Of a stretch of 64,000 nt of DNA, positions 27,581 through 36,840 are shown piece by piece. Source of the DNA: Pilimelia sp. (GTDB lineage Bacteria > Actinomycetota > Actinomycetes > Mycobacteriales > Micromonosporaceae); contig DASQDS010000794.1 of assembly GCA_035634075.1 (NCBI GenBank), forward strand, positions 6,717 to 70,716, written 5' to 3'. The position numbers and the translations under genes are program-made. The notes under the pieces are model-generated. The model saw nothing but the letters and a program-made list of their open reading frames with translations. It searched no databases and was not told where the DNA came from. Positions within the stretch are counted from its first letter, which is position 1. Each line of letters opens with the position of its first letter.

Positions 27581-27601
27581 GCTGAGGCGAGTCGTCCGGA
27601 C

Positions 27602-28759
27602 ATGGTTGAGGGGGAAGCACGGGTGAGCGCGGTGGATGGCCCGAGCGTCGGCGGGCGACGGCGACGACAACGGCTCCGGGCCTGGGCGATCGTGGGCGCC
27701 GGTACGACGGTCCTGGCGGTGGCGGCCGCTGCCACCATCGGGCTGGACACCGGCCGGTCCGAGGCACCGACCGCCGATCCGCGCGCGTTCAAGACCGTCC
27801 CCGTCACCCGGGGCGACCTCGTGGAGTACCTGGTGCTGGACGGTGCAGTGGGGTACGGCACGCCGGTGCCGATGAGGTGCGCGGCCACCGGCACCGTCAC
27901 CTGGATCGCGGCGGCCGGCGCCGTCGTACGGCGTGGCAAGGCGCTGCTGCGGGTCGACGATCAGCCGGTGGTGCTGCTGTACGGCCGCCTGCCGATGTTC
28001 CGCCAGCTCGCCGAGGCACCGGCCGGCGCGGAACCAACGTCCGGCCGGGACGTCGAGCAGTTCGAGCGCAACCTGCGCAGCTTCGGCTACACCGGGTTCA
28101 CCGTCGACGACACGTACTCCGCCGCCACCACCAGGGCGGTGAAAAGCTGGCAGCGGGACCTCGGCAAGCGGGAGACCGGGCGGGTCGAGCCGGGCGACGT
28201 GGTCTACGCGCCGGGCGCGGTGCGGATCGCCCGGCATTCCCTGCGGGTCGGCGCGCCCGTCCCCGCCGACGTGCTCGCCTGGACCGGCACGACGCGCGTC
28301 ATCACCACCACGGTGGAACGAGCCGACGCAGGCTGGGCCACCTCCGGAGTGAAAGTGACGGTCACTTTGCCCAGCGGGCGCGCCATTCCCGGCACCGTGG
28401 ACGGGATCGGGGAAGAGGCGACCGCGGCCGGCCCGGTCGGCGACACCGCCGAGCCGGGCGAGGGCGGTGACGCCGCCACCCGGGTTCCCGTCACGGTGGC
28501 CGTCGCGGACCAGAAGGCGCTGGCGGCCGCGGACACGGGCACCGTGGAGGTGCGCCGGGTCGCGAAGGAGCGCAGGAACGTCCTGACCGTGCCGGTCAGC
28601 GCATTGCTCGCCCTCGCCGAAGGCGGGTACGGGCTGGAGGTGGCCGACGGCGCGTCCCCCCGGATCGTCGCGGTCAGGGCGGGCATGTTCGCCGACGGCC
28701 GCGTCGAGGTGACCGGCGCCGGCGTCGACGCCGGAATGAACGTACGGATCCCGCAGTGA
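27602..28759 (+). CDS. Membrane-fusion (HlyD/MacA-like) adaptor with a peptidoglycan-binding (PG_binding_1) insert
   Basis: N-terminal [24 protein letters not shown]-binding motif [39 protein letters not shown] beta-barrel-like C-terminal part follows. The GTGA overlap with the next gene points to translational coupling. Confidence 0.85.
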   Translation: MVEGEARVSAVDGPSVGGRRRRQRLRAWAIVGAGTTVLAVAAAATIGLDTGRSEAPTADPRAFKTVPVTRGDLVEYLVLDGAVGYGTPVPMRCAATGTVTWIAAAGAVVRRGKALLRVDDQPVVLLYGRLPMFRQLAEAPAGAEPTSGRDVEQFERNLRSFGYTGFTVDDTYSAATTRAVKSWQRDLGKRETGRVEPGDVVYAPGAVRIARHSLRVGAPVPADVLAWTGTTRVITTTVERADAGWATSGVKVTVTLPSGRAIPGTVDGIGEEATAAGPVGDTAEPGEGGDAATRVPVTVAVADQKALAAADTGTVEVRRVAKERRNVLTVPVSALLALAEGGYGLEVADGASPRIVAVRAGMFADGRVEVTGAGVDAGMNVRIPQ

Positions 28760-29442
28760 GCCCCGTCGTGCAGCTCGAGGGGGTCACCAAGACCTACCCG
28801 GGCGGGGTGACCGCGCTGCACGGAGTCGACCTCACCATCGACCCGGGCGAGCTGATCGGCATCGTGGGCCCGTCGGGCTCCGGCAAGTCGACCATGTTGC
28901 ACCTGCTCGGCACGCTCGATCGGCCCTCCGCCGGAACGGTCCGCATCAACGGGCACGACGCGGCGCGGCTGTCCGACCGGGCGCTGTCGGCTCTGCGCGC
29001 CACCACGATCGGCTTCATCTTCCAGCAGTTCCATCTCGCCACCGGCACGCCCGTGCTCGACAACGTCGCCGACGGGCTGCTCTACTCCGGCGTACCGCTG
29101 CGGCACCGGCGGCGCCGCGCACAGGCGGCGCTCGTCCGGGTGGGGTTGGCCCACCGGCTCGACCACCTGCCGCACGAGCTTTCCGGCGGGGAGCGGCAGC
29201 GGGTGGCGATCGCCCGTGCGGTCGTCGGGGAGCCGGCTCTGCTGCTCGCCGACGAACCGACCGGGAACCTCGACTCGGCCTCCGGCGGCAGCGTGCTGGA
29301 GCTGCTGAGAGAGCTGCACGATGCCGGCACGACCGTCGTCGTGATCACCCACGATCACAGCGTCGCGGCGCAGCTGCCCCGGCGGGTCGAGCTGCTCGAC
29401 GGACACGTCGTCCGGGACGCCGTGCTGGAGGTGCCGCGGTGA
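28756..29442 (+). CDS. ABC transporter ATP-binding protein (MacB/LolD type)
   Basis: Walker [10 protein letters not shown], signature LSGGERQR and Walker B LLLADEPT. Confidence 0.93.
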   Translation: MSPVVQLEGVTKTYPGGVTALHGVDLTIDPGELIGIVGPSGSGKSTMLHLLGTLDRPSAGTVRINGHDAARLSDRALSALRATTIGFIFQQFHLATGTPVLDNVADGLLYSGVPLRHRRRRAQAALVRVGLAHRLDHLPHELSGGERQRVAIARAVVGEPALLLADEPTGNLDSASGGSVLELLRELHDAGTTVVVITHDHSVAAQLPRRVELLDGHVVRDAVLEVPR

Positions 29443-30632
29443 GCGCTCAGCTTCGGACGCGCCGGCTGCCGCTGTCGGACATCGCACGTCTCGGCGCGGT
29501 CGGGCTGCGGTCGCGGCCGCTGCGGGTCTTCCTCTCGGCGCTGGGCATCGCCATCGGCATCGGTGCGATGGTCGCCGTGGTCGGCATCTCCACCTCCAGT
29601 CGCGCCGAACTCGACCGGACCCTGGCCAGGCTCGGCACGAACCTGCTGACCGTCAGCCCCGGCCGCACCGTCGCCGGCGAGGACGCCAAGCTCCCCACGG
29701 ACGCCACCGCCATGGTCGGGCGAATCGGGCCGGTGCAGGCCGTCGCCGCCACCGGACAGGTCGACGCGTACGTCTACCGCAACGAATTCGTGCCGGCGGG
29801 GCAGACCAGCAGCGTCGTGGTGCTGGCCGCCGACCTCAACCTGCCGCGGACCGTCGGGGCCACGATGTACGCCGGGTCCTGGCTGAACTTGGCCACCAGC
29901 GCGTACCCGGGGGTGGTGCTGGGCTCCCGGACCGCGACGCGCCTCGACGTGGCGACGCCGGGCATGCGCGTCTGGCTGGGCCAGCGCTGGTTCTCCGTCG
30001 TGGGTGTCCTCGACCCGGTGCCGCTGGCGCCGGAGTTGGACAGCGCCGCCCTGATCGGGTGGGAGGCCGCCGAGAGGTACGCCGGCTTCGACGGCCACCC
30101 CACCACCGTGTACGCCCGCTCGGTGGAGAGCCAGGTCGGCCGGGTCCGGGCGGTGCTCGGCCGCACCGCCAACCCGGCGGCGCCCAACGAGGTGGCCGTC
30201 TCCCGGCCCTCGGACGCGCTCGCCGCCAAGCAGGCGACCGACGAGGCGCTCACCGCATTGCTGCTTGGCCTCGGCGCGGTCGCGCTCCTGGTCGGCGGGG
30301 TCGGCGTGGCCAACACGATGGTCATCTCGGTGCTCGAACGGCGTACCGAGATCGGCCTGCGGAGGTCGCTGGGCGCCACGCGGAGGCACATCCGCATGCA
30401 GTTCCTCACCGAGTCGCTGATCCTGTCCGGCATCGGCGGCGGCGGCGGGATCCTGCTCGGCGTCATCGCCACCGGCGGGTACGCGCTGACCCAGGGGTGG
30501 CCGACCGTCGTTCCGCCATGGACCACCGCCGGAGGTCTCGGCGCCACCCTCGTGATCGGCGCGCTGGCGGGGCTGTACCCGGCGCTGCGGGCCAGCCGGA
30601 TGGCGCCTGCCGAGGCGCTCGCCGCTTCGTGA
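29439..30632 (+). CDS. ABC transporter permease, FtsX/MacB type
   Basis: The topology is an N-terminal TM, a large extracytoplasmic domain and three C-terminal TMs, with the [14 protein letters not shown] motif typical of the FtsX-like permease family. Confidence 0.9.
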   Translation: MSAQLRTRRLPLSDIARLGAVGLRSRPLRVFLSALGIAIGIGAMVAVVGISTSSRAELDRTLARLGTNLLTVSPGRTVAGEDAKLPTDATAMVGRIGPVQAVAATGQVDAYVYRNEFVPAGQTSSVVVLAADLNLPRTVGATMYAGSWLNLATSAYPGVVLGSRTATRLDVATPGMRVWLGQRWFSVVGVLDPVPLAPELDSAALIGWEAAERYAGFDGHPTTVYARSVESQVGRVRAVLGRTANPAAPNEVAVSRPSDALAAKQATDEALTALLLGLGAVALLVGGVGVANTMVISVLERRTEIGLRRSLGATRRHIRMQFLTESLILSGIGGGGGILLGVIATGGYALTQGWPTVVPPWTTAGGLGATLVIGALAGLYPALRASRMAPAEALAAS

Positions 30633-31077
30633 GTTGCCGGGTGAGGGCCATCCCCGGACCGGTGGCGAACCGGATGAGTTCGTCGATCGTGAACACCGGG
30701 GCGGGCCGGAACGCGGTGCCGGGGCTCGCCTCCCCGGTGAAGTTGGTCGAGCTGACACTCACGATCGAGCCGACTCCCCGGTGCGGCGTCACCCCGTTCT
30801 CCAGCTGGCCGCCCCGCTTCCTGCTCGTCAGGACCGACCACCGTTAGCCGCGAAGAACACCGTCAACAGCCCGCGGCCCGACCGTCGACCACGACGGCGC
30901 GTTACGCCGCCGACGGGGTGGCGGCCGTCGCGCTCGGGCTCGGGCGTGTCAACCTGTACTGGGCCCGCGCGGGCTGGCTGCTGCGCTGCGGGTGCTGGAA
31001 TGGCTCGCCCAGCTTCGCACCAGCGCGCTCGTCGCACACCCGCACGCGGCGTCCGCCGTGGACACGGAGGTCGTCCG

Positions 31078-31713
31078 ATGCCCGACACCAAGCAGCGGCT
31101 GCTCGACGGCGCGGTGAGTGCCATCCGCGAGCACGGCATCGCCGGCGTCTCGGCCCGCACCATCGCCGCCGCGGCCGGCGTGAACCAGGCGTTGGTCTTC
31201 TACCATTTCGGCAGCGTCGACGAGCTGCTCGTCGCGGCCTGCCAGGCCAGCACAGCCGAGCGCGTGGCCGCCTACGCCGACCGGTTCGCCGCCGTGCAAT
31301 CGCTGCGCGAGCTGCTGGCGGTAGGTCGGGACCTGCACGCCCGGGAGCGGGAGCTCGGCAACGTCTCCGTGCTGGCGCAACTGCTCGCCGGCGCCCAGAA
31401 CGACCCGGCCCTGGCCGGGCCCACGGCGGCCGCCCTGCAGCTGTGGATCGACGAGCTGACCGGGACCCTGCACCGCCTGTTGGCCGGCTCGCCGGTCGCC
31501 GAGGTCGCCGACGTCCCTGGGCTGGCTCGCGCGGTGGCCGCCGCGTTCGTCGGGCTCGAACTCTACGACGGCGTCGACCCCGCCGGCGCCGCGCAGGCGC
31601 TGACCGCCCTGGACCAGCTGGCGCTCCTCGTGGACGTGGTGGACGCGCTCGGCCCGGTCAGCCGGCGGGCGCTCCGCACCAAGATCAGCAAGGCGGCGGG
31701 CCGCCGGGCGTAA
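31078..31713 (+). CDS. TetR-family transcriptional regulator
   Basis: ATG at 31078 after a GGAGG RBS. The HTH region is KQRLLDGAVSAIREHGIAGVSARTIAAAAGVNQALVFYHFGSVDELL. The 148-aa upstream ORF-track extension was rejected. Confidence 0.88.
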   Translation: MPDTKQRLLDGAVSAIREHGIAGVSARTIAAAAGVNQALVFYHFGSVDELLVAACQASTAERVAAYADRFAAVQSLRELLAVGRDLHARERELGNVSVLAQLLAGAQNDPALAGPTAAALQLWIDELTGTLHRLLAGSPVAEVADVPGLARAVAAAFVGLELYDGVDPAGAAQALTALDQLALLVDVVDALGPVSRRALRTKISKAAGRRA

Positions 31714-31788
31714 GGCGGCGGGCAGGCGGCGAGGCTTGGGCGTCGGTCGTCCGGCGATCCGCCGGTAGGCGTTGAGGACTACGTTGGC

Positions 31789-32142
31789 GTGCGGGCCCAC
31801 GTGACGGCCGCGCTGCGTCGGTTGCGGGAGGAGGGGCCGCGGCAATCCGTCGTGGTGATCGCGAAGTCGCTGGGCTCATCTGCCGCGGCGTTGGTGGCTG
31901 AGCGCGGGCTGCCTGCCGTGTGGCTGACTCCGGTGCTGACGGATGACTCCGCTGTGGAGTCGACCGCCGCAGGTCCGGCTCCCGCCCTGCTCATCGGTGG
32001 GTCCGCGGGCAGGCTGTGGGTCCCGGCGGCGGCCGAGGCCACCGGCAAGCAGACACTCACGCCGAGATGTTGGCGATTCTGGGTACCCGCCATGGGAGAG
32101 TTCCTCGACCCGCTGATGCCCGTGCGCTCAGTCAATCACTAG
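31789..32142 (+). pseudogene. 5'-truncated alpha/beta-hydrolase remnant
   Basis: VVVIAKSLGSSAAALVA (nucleophile-elbow-like xKSLGS)...PALLIGGSAG. The reading frame continues upstream, in frame, to the TAA of the TetR gene without a start. The N-terminal part of the fold is missing and the C-terminal end looks scrambled. Confidence 0.45.
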
Positions 32143-32863
32143 ACCTGGCAGGTCTTGTGCGGTGGCCCGGCGACAACTCATGATGATGATCACTCGACGA
32201 GGGCGGCGTGGTGTTTCGGTCGGCGTTCGTCGCCGCGTTCCGGCGCAGGGCGGCCTTCGCGCGGCGCAGCGTCGCTGCGGCGGGTTGCTCCGGACGGTGC
32301 GGCCGCATCCCGGCGGCGACGACCAGGATGACGCCGGCCATCAGCACGATGTCCCCCGCACTGACAGCCAGCTTCGCGGGGCGGAAAGGGATGTTGTCGC
32401 CGAGCCAGGCGATTTTCGTGTGCTCGTCACGCCAGGCATGCTTCGGTGACTCGTCCACGTCGGCGAGGAGGTGCTCGGGGACACCGGCAGCGACGGCCGC
32501 GTGATACGACCCGGGCATCCGTCCGTTGGCCGCGATAGCCGCCGCGTTCGCCGCACCGCCGAGGAGGACCAGGCAGCCCGCCACGGTCAGCGCTCTACTG
32601 CGCCCGGGGAGGTTGGCCAGCACCCACACGAAGAACAGCGCGTAGATCACCGTTAGAGTCGGGACGGGCAGGGTGTCCCGGAGGACCTGGCGGACCGCCT
32701 CGGACTTGAAGTCCGCCACCTGCAACGCGAACGCCACCCACGGCAGCACGAGCAGGCGCAGCCGATGACGTGCCAGATTGGCCAGCCGGCCGCCGGCCGC
32801 GTATCCCACTCCCGCCCCGATGCCGAACGCCATGGCCCAGAGCAGGAGCAGGGTCACGCTCAT
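32132..32863 (-). CDS. DUF5317-like polytopic membrane protein
   Basis: MSVTLLLLWAMAFGIGAGVGYAAGGRLANL..., followed by multiple TM helices and then a basic C-terminal tail. Confidence 0.8.
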   Translation of the reverse strand: MSVTLLLLWAMAFGIGAGVGYAAGGRLANLARHRLRLLVLPWVAFALQVADFKSEAVRQVLRDTLPVPTLTVIYALFFVWVLANLPGRSRALTVAGCLVLLGGAANAAAIAANGRMPGSYHAAVAAGVPEHLLADVDESPKHAWRDEHTKIAWLGDNIPFRPAKLAVSAGDIVLMAGVILVVAAGMRPHRPEQPAAATLRRAKAALRRNAATNADRNTTPPSSSDHHHELSPGHRTRPARSSD

Positions 32864-32872
32864 GAGCTGGGG

Positions 32873-32965
32873 TCAGTTCCCCATGACGTTGGGGGCGCCG
32901 GCGGTATAGAGCACGGTGCCCACCGTGGCCAGGCCGATGACGATTCGCCACACCTTTGTCCGCAT
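32873..32965 (-). CDS. Candidate 30-aa hydrophobic micro-protein upstream of the DUF5317 gene
   Basis: MRTKVWRIVIGLATVGTVLYTAGAPNVMGN*. The RBS (GGGGAA) is weak. Its stop lies 9 nt before the DUF5317 start. Confidence 0.25.
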   Translation of the reverse strand: MRTKVWRIVIGLATVGTVLYTAGAPNVMGN

Positions 32966-33088
32966 ACGTTTCCCCGATCCTGATCCGAAGCCGTCTCGAT
33001 CGAGACAGTGGAGGTTAACCCACGCGGCCGCCATCGTCAGCCCGGAACGTTCCGGTCATCGTCCCTTCAGGACCGGTGGGGAGGCCGC

Positions 33089-33574
33089 TCAGGAGGTGGG
33101 TTCGCGGCTTTTGATCTTCGTGAGTCGCACATCCTCCTCGCCGTAGCCGAGGGAGGCGTAAAACGCTCGAGCGCCGGCATTCGCCGCGCCTGTTTCGAGG
33201 GTCAGGCGCATGAAGCCGTGCTCCGCCGCCCACAACTCGGCGGCCTGCATCAGCCGCGCACCGATACCGCGGCGTTCCATCGACTCCGCGACGACCAACT
33301 CGCCCACGTAGGCATCCACCTCTCCGGTGAAGTGCTCGCGAGTGCCGACGCTGATCAAGCCAACGACTTCCTCGGCGACGACCGCGAGGTAGACGGCATG
33401 CCCTGCCGCAGTGGACTCGTCCAATGACCTCTCGACCCAACCCGTCACCGCACTCTCCACCGCGGCTTGGTCTCGCCACGGTGCGACGCCGATCGCGAGT
33501 CGGTCCGCCAGGGCAATCGCCCCTGGCCTGTCCCGTTCGTCGTAGGGACGAATCTGCACAGAGGAGTCGGTCAC
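33089..33574 (-). CDS. GNAT-family N-acetyltransferase
   Basis: The acetyl-CoA motif region is LVVAESMERRGIGARLMQAAELWAAEHG, and the length of 161 aa is typical. Confidence 0.88.
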   Translation of the reverse strand: MTDSSVQIRPYDERDRPGAIALADRLAIGVAPWRDQAAVESAVTGWVERSLDESTAAGHAVYLAVVAEEVVGLISVGTREHFTGEVDAYVGELVVAESMERRGIGARLMQAAELWAAEHGFMRLTLETGAANAGARAFYASLGYGEEDVRLTKIKSREPTS

Positions 33575-33701
33575 CTATCGATGATGCCAAGCGCGGACGA
33601 GAAGAGTAAGCCCCATGTCTGGCGCACCCACGCGTTGACGCTCGGCTCCCGGCCTCGACGGGCGGGCCGTCGTCGCGCCGGCCGGGGGCTAGGTTGTTCG
33701 G

Positions 33702-34142
33702 ATGAGTCTCCTCGATGACGTGGCGGATCGTGACGGCTGGCGGTGCTGGGTGTGCGACGAGCCCGTCGACGCCGACATGTCGGTGAACGACCCGCGTGGT
33801 CCCAGCGTCGACAGTCGCACCGCCGACCGGAAGGCCAAGGTCGCCGAACGGCTCGCGCACCGTGCCTGCAACACCCGCAAGGGCGCGGTCAAGGTGGTCA
33901 TCGCGTGGCCGGACCGTCTGCACGTGGTCGAGCCGGCGCCGCTGATCGCCGTCGCCGAGCGCCTCGAGCGCAAAGGTGGGCGCGAACTGGTCGCCCGCTG
34001 TCCGACCGAGAGGGACGCCCGGGAGACGGCGGACTGGCTGGTCGACCGGTTCTCCCGGCTCGTACCCGGACTGCCGGTGACCGCGAGCGTCGACGCAGGC
34101 GGCGGTCAGTTCCTCGTCGCACTGACCACCGGTCGCCGCTGA
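33702..34142 (+). CDS. Small HNH-like endonuclease-fold protein (variant motif)
   Basis: WRCWVCDEPVD...SVDSRTA...LAHRACNTRKG has the CxxC and HxxCNxxKG elements of the HNH fold. The usual DH general-base position reads DS. Confidence 0.7.
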   Translation: MSLLDDVADRDGWRCWVCDEPVDADMSVNDPRGPSVDSRTADRKAKVAERLAHRACNTRKGAVKVVIAWPDRLHVVEPAPLIAVAERLERKGGRELVARCPTERDARETADWLVDRFSRLVPGLPVTASVDAGGGQFLVALTTGRR

Positions 34143-34224
34143 CCAGCAGCGTGCCGCGGGCGGGAGGACTCTGCCCGGATTGCCTGGGCAGGCGTGTCGG
34201 AAGCTGGCGGCCCTCGACGAACAC

Positions 34225-36840
34225 CTACAGGCGTGGGTCGACCGGTTCGGATTCGAGTGCGAGGACGGCGAACACCGGTTCGTGGACCCGCCAGAGTGGT
34301 TCACCGGCCGCCACGCGTTCGAGTGCTTCGAGGCCGAGGGCGTACTCGCGCAGCGCGAGCGAACGTTTGCGGCCGAGGCCGCGCTGGCGCAGCCGGTCGA
34401 GGTTGGCGGGCTCGGTGTAGTCGGGGCCGTAGATGATGCGCAGGTATTCGCGTCCGCGCACTTTGATGCCAGGTTGGGCGAGTCCGCGGCGGGTGCGTTG
34501 CAGGTTGGCGGATGGCTTGACGACCATGCCCTCCCCGCCGGTGCCGGTGAGTTCCTCCCACCAGGCTATGCCGGCGGCGGTGGAGCCGGGTTCGGTGGCG
34601 TCGACAACCAGTCTGCGGGTGGTCCGGATCAGTTCGGGCGCGGCGAGTGCCAGCCGGTCCGCGATCGCGAGGTGCCAGCCATGGTCGCGGTCGTGATACG
34701 TCGACGCTTCGCTGGCGAGAATCTGGAACGGCGCCAGTTGCACCCCGTCGAGGCCGTTGGTCGCCCAGCAGTAGCGGCGGTAGGCGTCGGTGAAGGCGTT
34801 GGCGTTGACGGCGCGGGATTCGGTGCGCTCCAGCAGTTCGGTGACGTCGAGGCCGGCCGCCTGTGCGGCCCGCAGTGCCTGGACGGCCGCGGGCAGGGTG
34901 GCGCGGGCCGCGGCGCCGACCGCGGCGTACTGGTTGCGCAGCAGGTCTTCAGCCTTGGCTGACCACGGCAGCAGCTCGCAGTCCATGAGGAGCCACCCGG
35001 TGCGCAGATCGTCCCACAGCCCGGCTGCGGCAATCGCCGCCCCGAGCCGATCGAGGAGCCCTTCCGTGAGGTCCGGGTCGAAGAACGGGCGGCCGGTGCG
35101 GGTGTACACCGCGCCGGTCGTGCCAGTGGCCGCGCCGAACCGGGCTCTGGCCACCTGCGGGTCGCGGCAGACGAGCGCGACGGCGCGGGAGCCCATGTGC
35201 TTCTCTTCGCAGATGAGCTGGGCGATGCCGTCGGCCCGGTAGCTGTCGAACGCCTCCGCCGGGTGTTCGAGCAGATCGGGTAGCGCAGAGGTGGCGCACG
35301 GAGCGATGGTCGGTGGCAGGTACAGCAGCCACCGCGGGTCGAGGGCGAAGCGGCTCATCACCTCCAGCGCCCCTGCGGCGTTTTCCTCGCCGATGGTGAC
35401 CCGGCCGTGATAGCGGGTTTCGACAACGCGCTTGCCGAGCACATCGGTGATGTCGAGCACGTCGGCCGCACGCCGTGTGACGTTCCCGTCGGGCGCGGTC
35501 GACGGTTGATCGGCCGGCGGGAACGGCTTCACCGGGGCGTACCAGACCTGCTGGGCAGGCACGGAAACGACCACCTTCTCCGGGTAGCGCAGCGCGGTGA
35601 GCTTCCCGCCGAACACGCACCCGGTGTCCAGGCACATGGTGTTGTTGACCCACTCCGGCTCCGGCGTGGGCGTGTGTCCATACAGGACCGTCGCGGTGCC
35701 GCGGTAGTCGTTGGCCCACGGGTAGCGCACCGGCAGCCCGAACTCGTCGGTCTCGCCCGTGGTGTCGCCGTAGAGAGCGAAGCTGCGGACCCGCGCCGAC
35801 GCCCGGCCGTGGTAGGCCTCCTTCAACCCGGCGTGGGCGACGACGAGCCGGCCGCCGTCGAGGACCAGGTGCGAGACCAGGTCGCGGCAGAACACTTCGA
35901 CCTGTTTGCCGAACTCCTCCGTCTCCTCGGCGAGCTGGGCGAGGGTCTCGGCGAGGCCGTGGGTGACCTGGACGTTGCGGCCGGACAACGCCCGGACCAG
36001 CTTGTTCTCGTGGTTTCCTGGCACCGCCAACGCGTGCCCGGCGGCGGTCATGCCCATCACCAGGCGGAGCACGCCGGGCGAGTCGGGGCCGCGGTCGACG
36101 AGGTCACCGACGAACACCGCCTTGCGGCCCTCGGCGTGGGCAGCGTCCACCGCACGGCCGTCGCTGTCGCGAGCGATCGTGTAGCCGAGCCGGTCGAGCA
36201 GGGCCTCCAACTCGGCGCGGCAGCCGTGGACGTCGCCGATGACATCGAACGGGCCGGTCTCGTGCCGGTGGTCGTTGAGCAGCCGTTCCCGCACAATCCT
36301 GGCGTTCGCCACCTCGTCTTCGCTGCGCAGGACGTGGACCTTGCGGAAGCCCTCCCGGGCGAGGCTGCGCAGCGAGCGGCGGAGCTGGTCACGCTGACGG
36401 CGCACGACGTGGGTGCCGAAGTCCCGGTCAGGGCGAGCCGCGTTGCGATCGAGGCACAACCTCTCGGGCAGGTCGAGGACGATCGCAACGGGCAGCACGT
36501 CGTGGGCGCGGGCAAGCTCGATCAGTTTCTTGCGGGCGTCGGGCTGCACGTTGGTCGCGTCGACCACGGTGAGGCGGCCGGCGGCCAGGCGCTTGCCGGC
36601 GATGTAGTAGAGGACGTCGAAGGCGTCGGCGGTGGCCGACTGGTCGTTCTCGTCGCCGCAGACCAGGCCCCGACAGAAATCGCTGGAGATCACCTCGTAC
36701 GGGCCGAAGTGGCCGCGGGCGAAGGTCGACTTGCCGGATCCGGATGCGCCGACGAGCGCGACGAGGCACAGCTGCGGGATGGTCAGGTCCCGCGGGCTTG
36801 CTGCCGGCGGTGGCGTCAGCGTGGGGTGTTGGCTTGTCAC
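34225..36840 (-). CDS. pnkp: Bacterial polynucleotide kinase-phosphatase (Pnkp: 5'-kinase, 2',3'-phosphatase and ligase/adenylyltransferase domains), RNA repair
   Basis: The GTG at 36840 overlaps the hen1 TGA (GTGA). Kinase P-loop: GASGSGKSTFA. Calcineurin-type phosphatase: IGDVHGC, FVGDLVDRGPDS and GNHENK. C-terminal ligase-like domain with CEEKHMGSRAV. A length of 871 aa is typical of Pnkp. Confidence 0.93.
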   Translation of the reverse strand: MTSQHPTLTPPPAASPRDLTIPQLCLVALVGASGSGKSTFARGHFGPYEVISSDFCRGLVCGDENDQSATADAFDVLYYIAGKRLAAGRLTVVDATNVQPDARKKLIELARAHDVLPVAIVLDLPERLCLDRNAARPDRDFGTHVVRRQRDQLRRSLRSLAREGFRKVHVLRSEDEVANARIVRERLLNDHRHETGPFDVIGDVHGCRAELEALLDRLGYTIARDSDGRAVDAAHAEGRKAVFVGDLVDRGPDSPGVLRLVMGMTAAGHALAVPGNHENKLVRALSGRNVQVTHGLAETLAQLAEETEEFGKQVEVFCRDLVSHLVLDGGRLVVAHAGLKEAYHGRASARVRSFALYGDTTGETDEFGLPVRYPWANDYRGTATVLYGHTPTPEPEWVNNTMCLDTGCVFGGKLTALRYPEKVVVSVPAQQVWYAPVKPFPPADQPSTAPDGNVTRRAADVLDITDVLGKRVVETRYHGRVTIGEENAAGALEVMSRFALDPRWLLYLPPTIAPCATSALPDLLEHPAEAFDSYRADGIAQLICEEKHMGSRAVALVCRDPQVARARFGAATGTTGAVYTRTGRPFFDPDLTEGLLDRLGAAIAAAGLWDDLRTGWLLMDCELLPWSAKAEDLLRNQYAAVGAAARATLPAAVQALRAAQAAGLDVTELLERTESRAVNANAFTDAYRRYCWATNGLDGVQLAPFQILASEASTYHDRDHGWHLAIADRLALAAPELIRTTRRLVVDATEPGSTAAGIAWWEELTGTGGEGMVVKPSANLQRTRRGLAQPGIKVRGREYLRIIYGPDYTEPANLDRLRQRGLGRKRSLALREYALGLEALERVAAGEPLWRVHEPVFAVLALESEPVDPRL

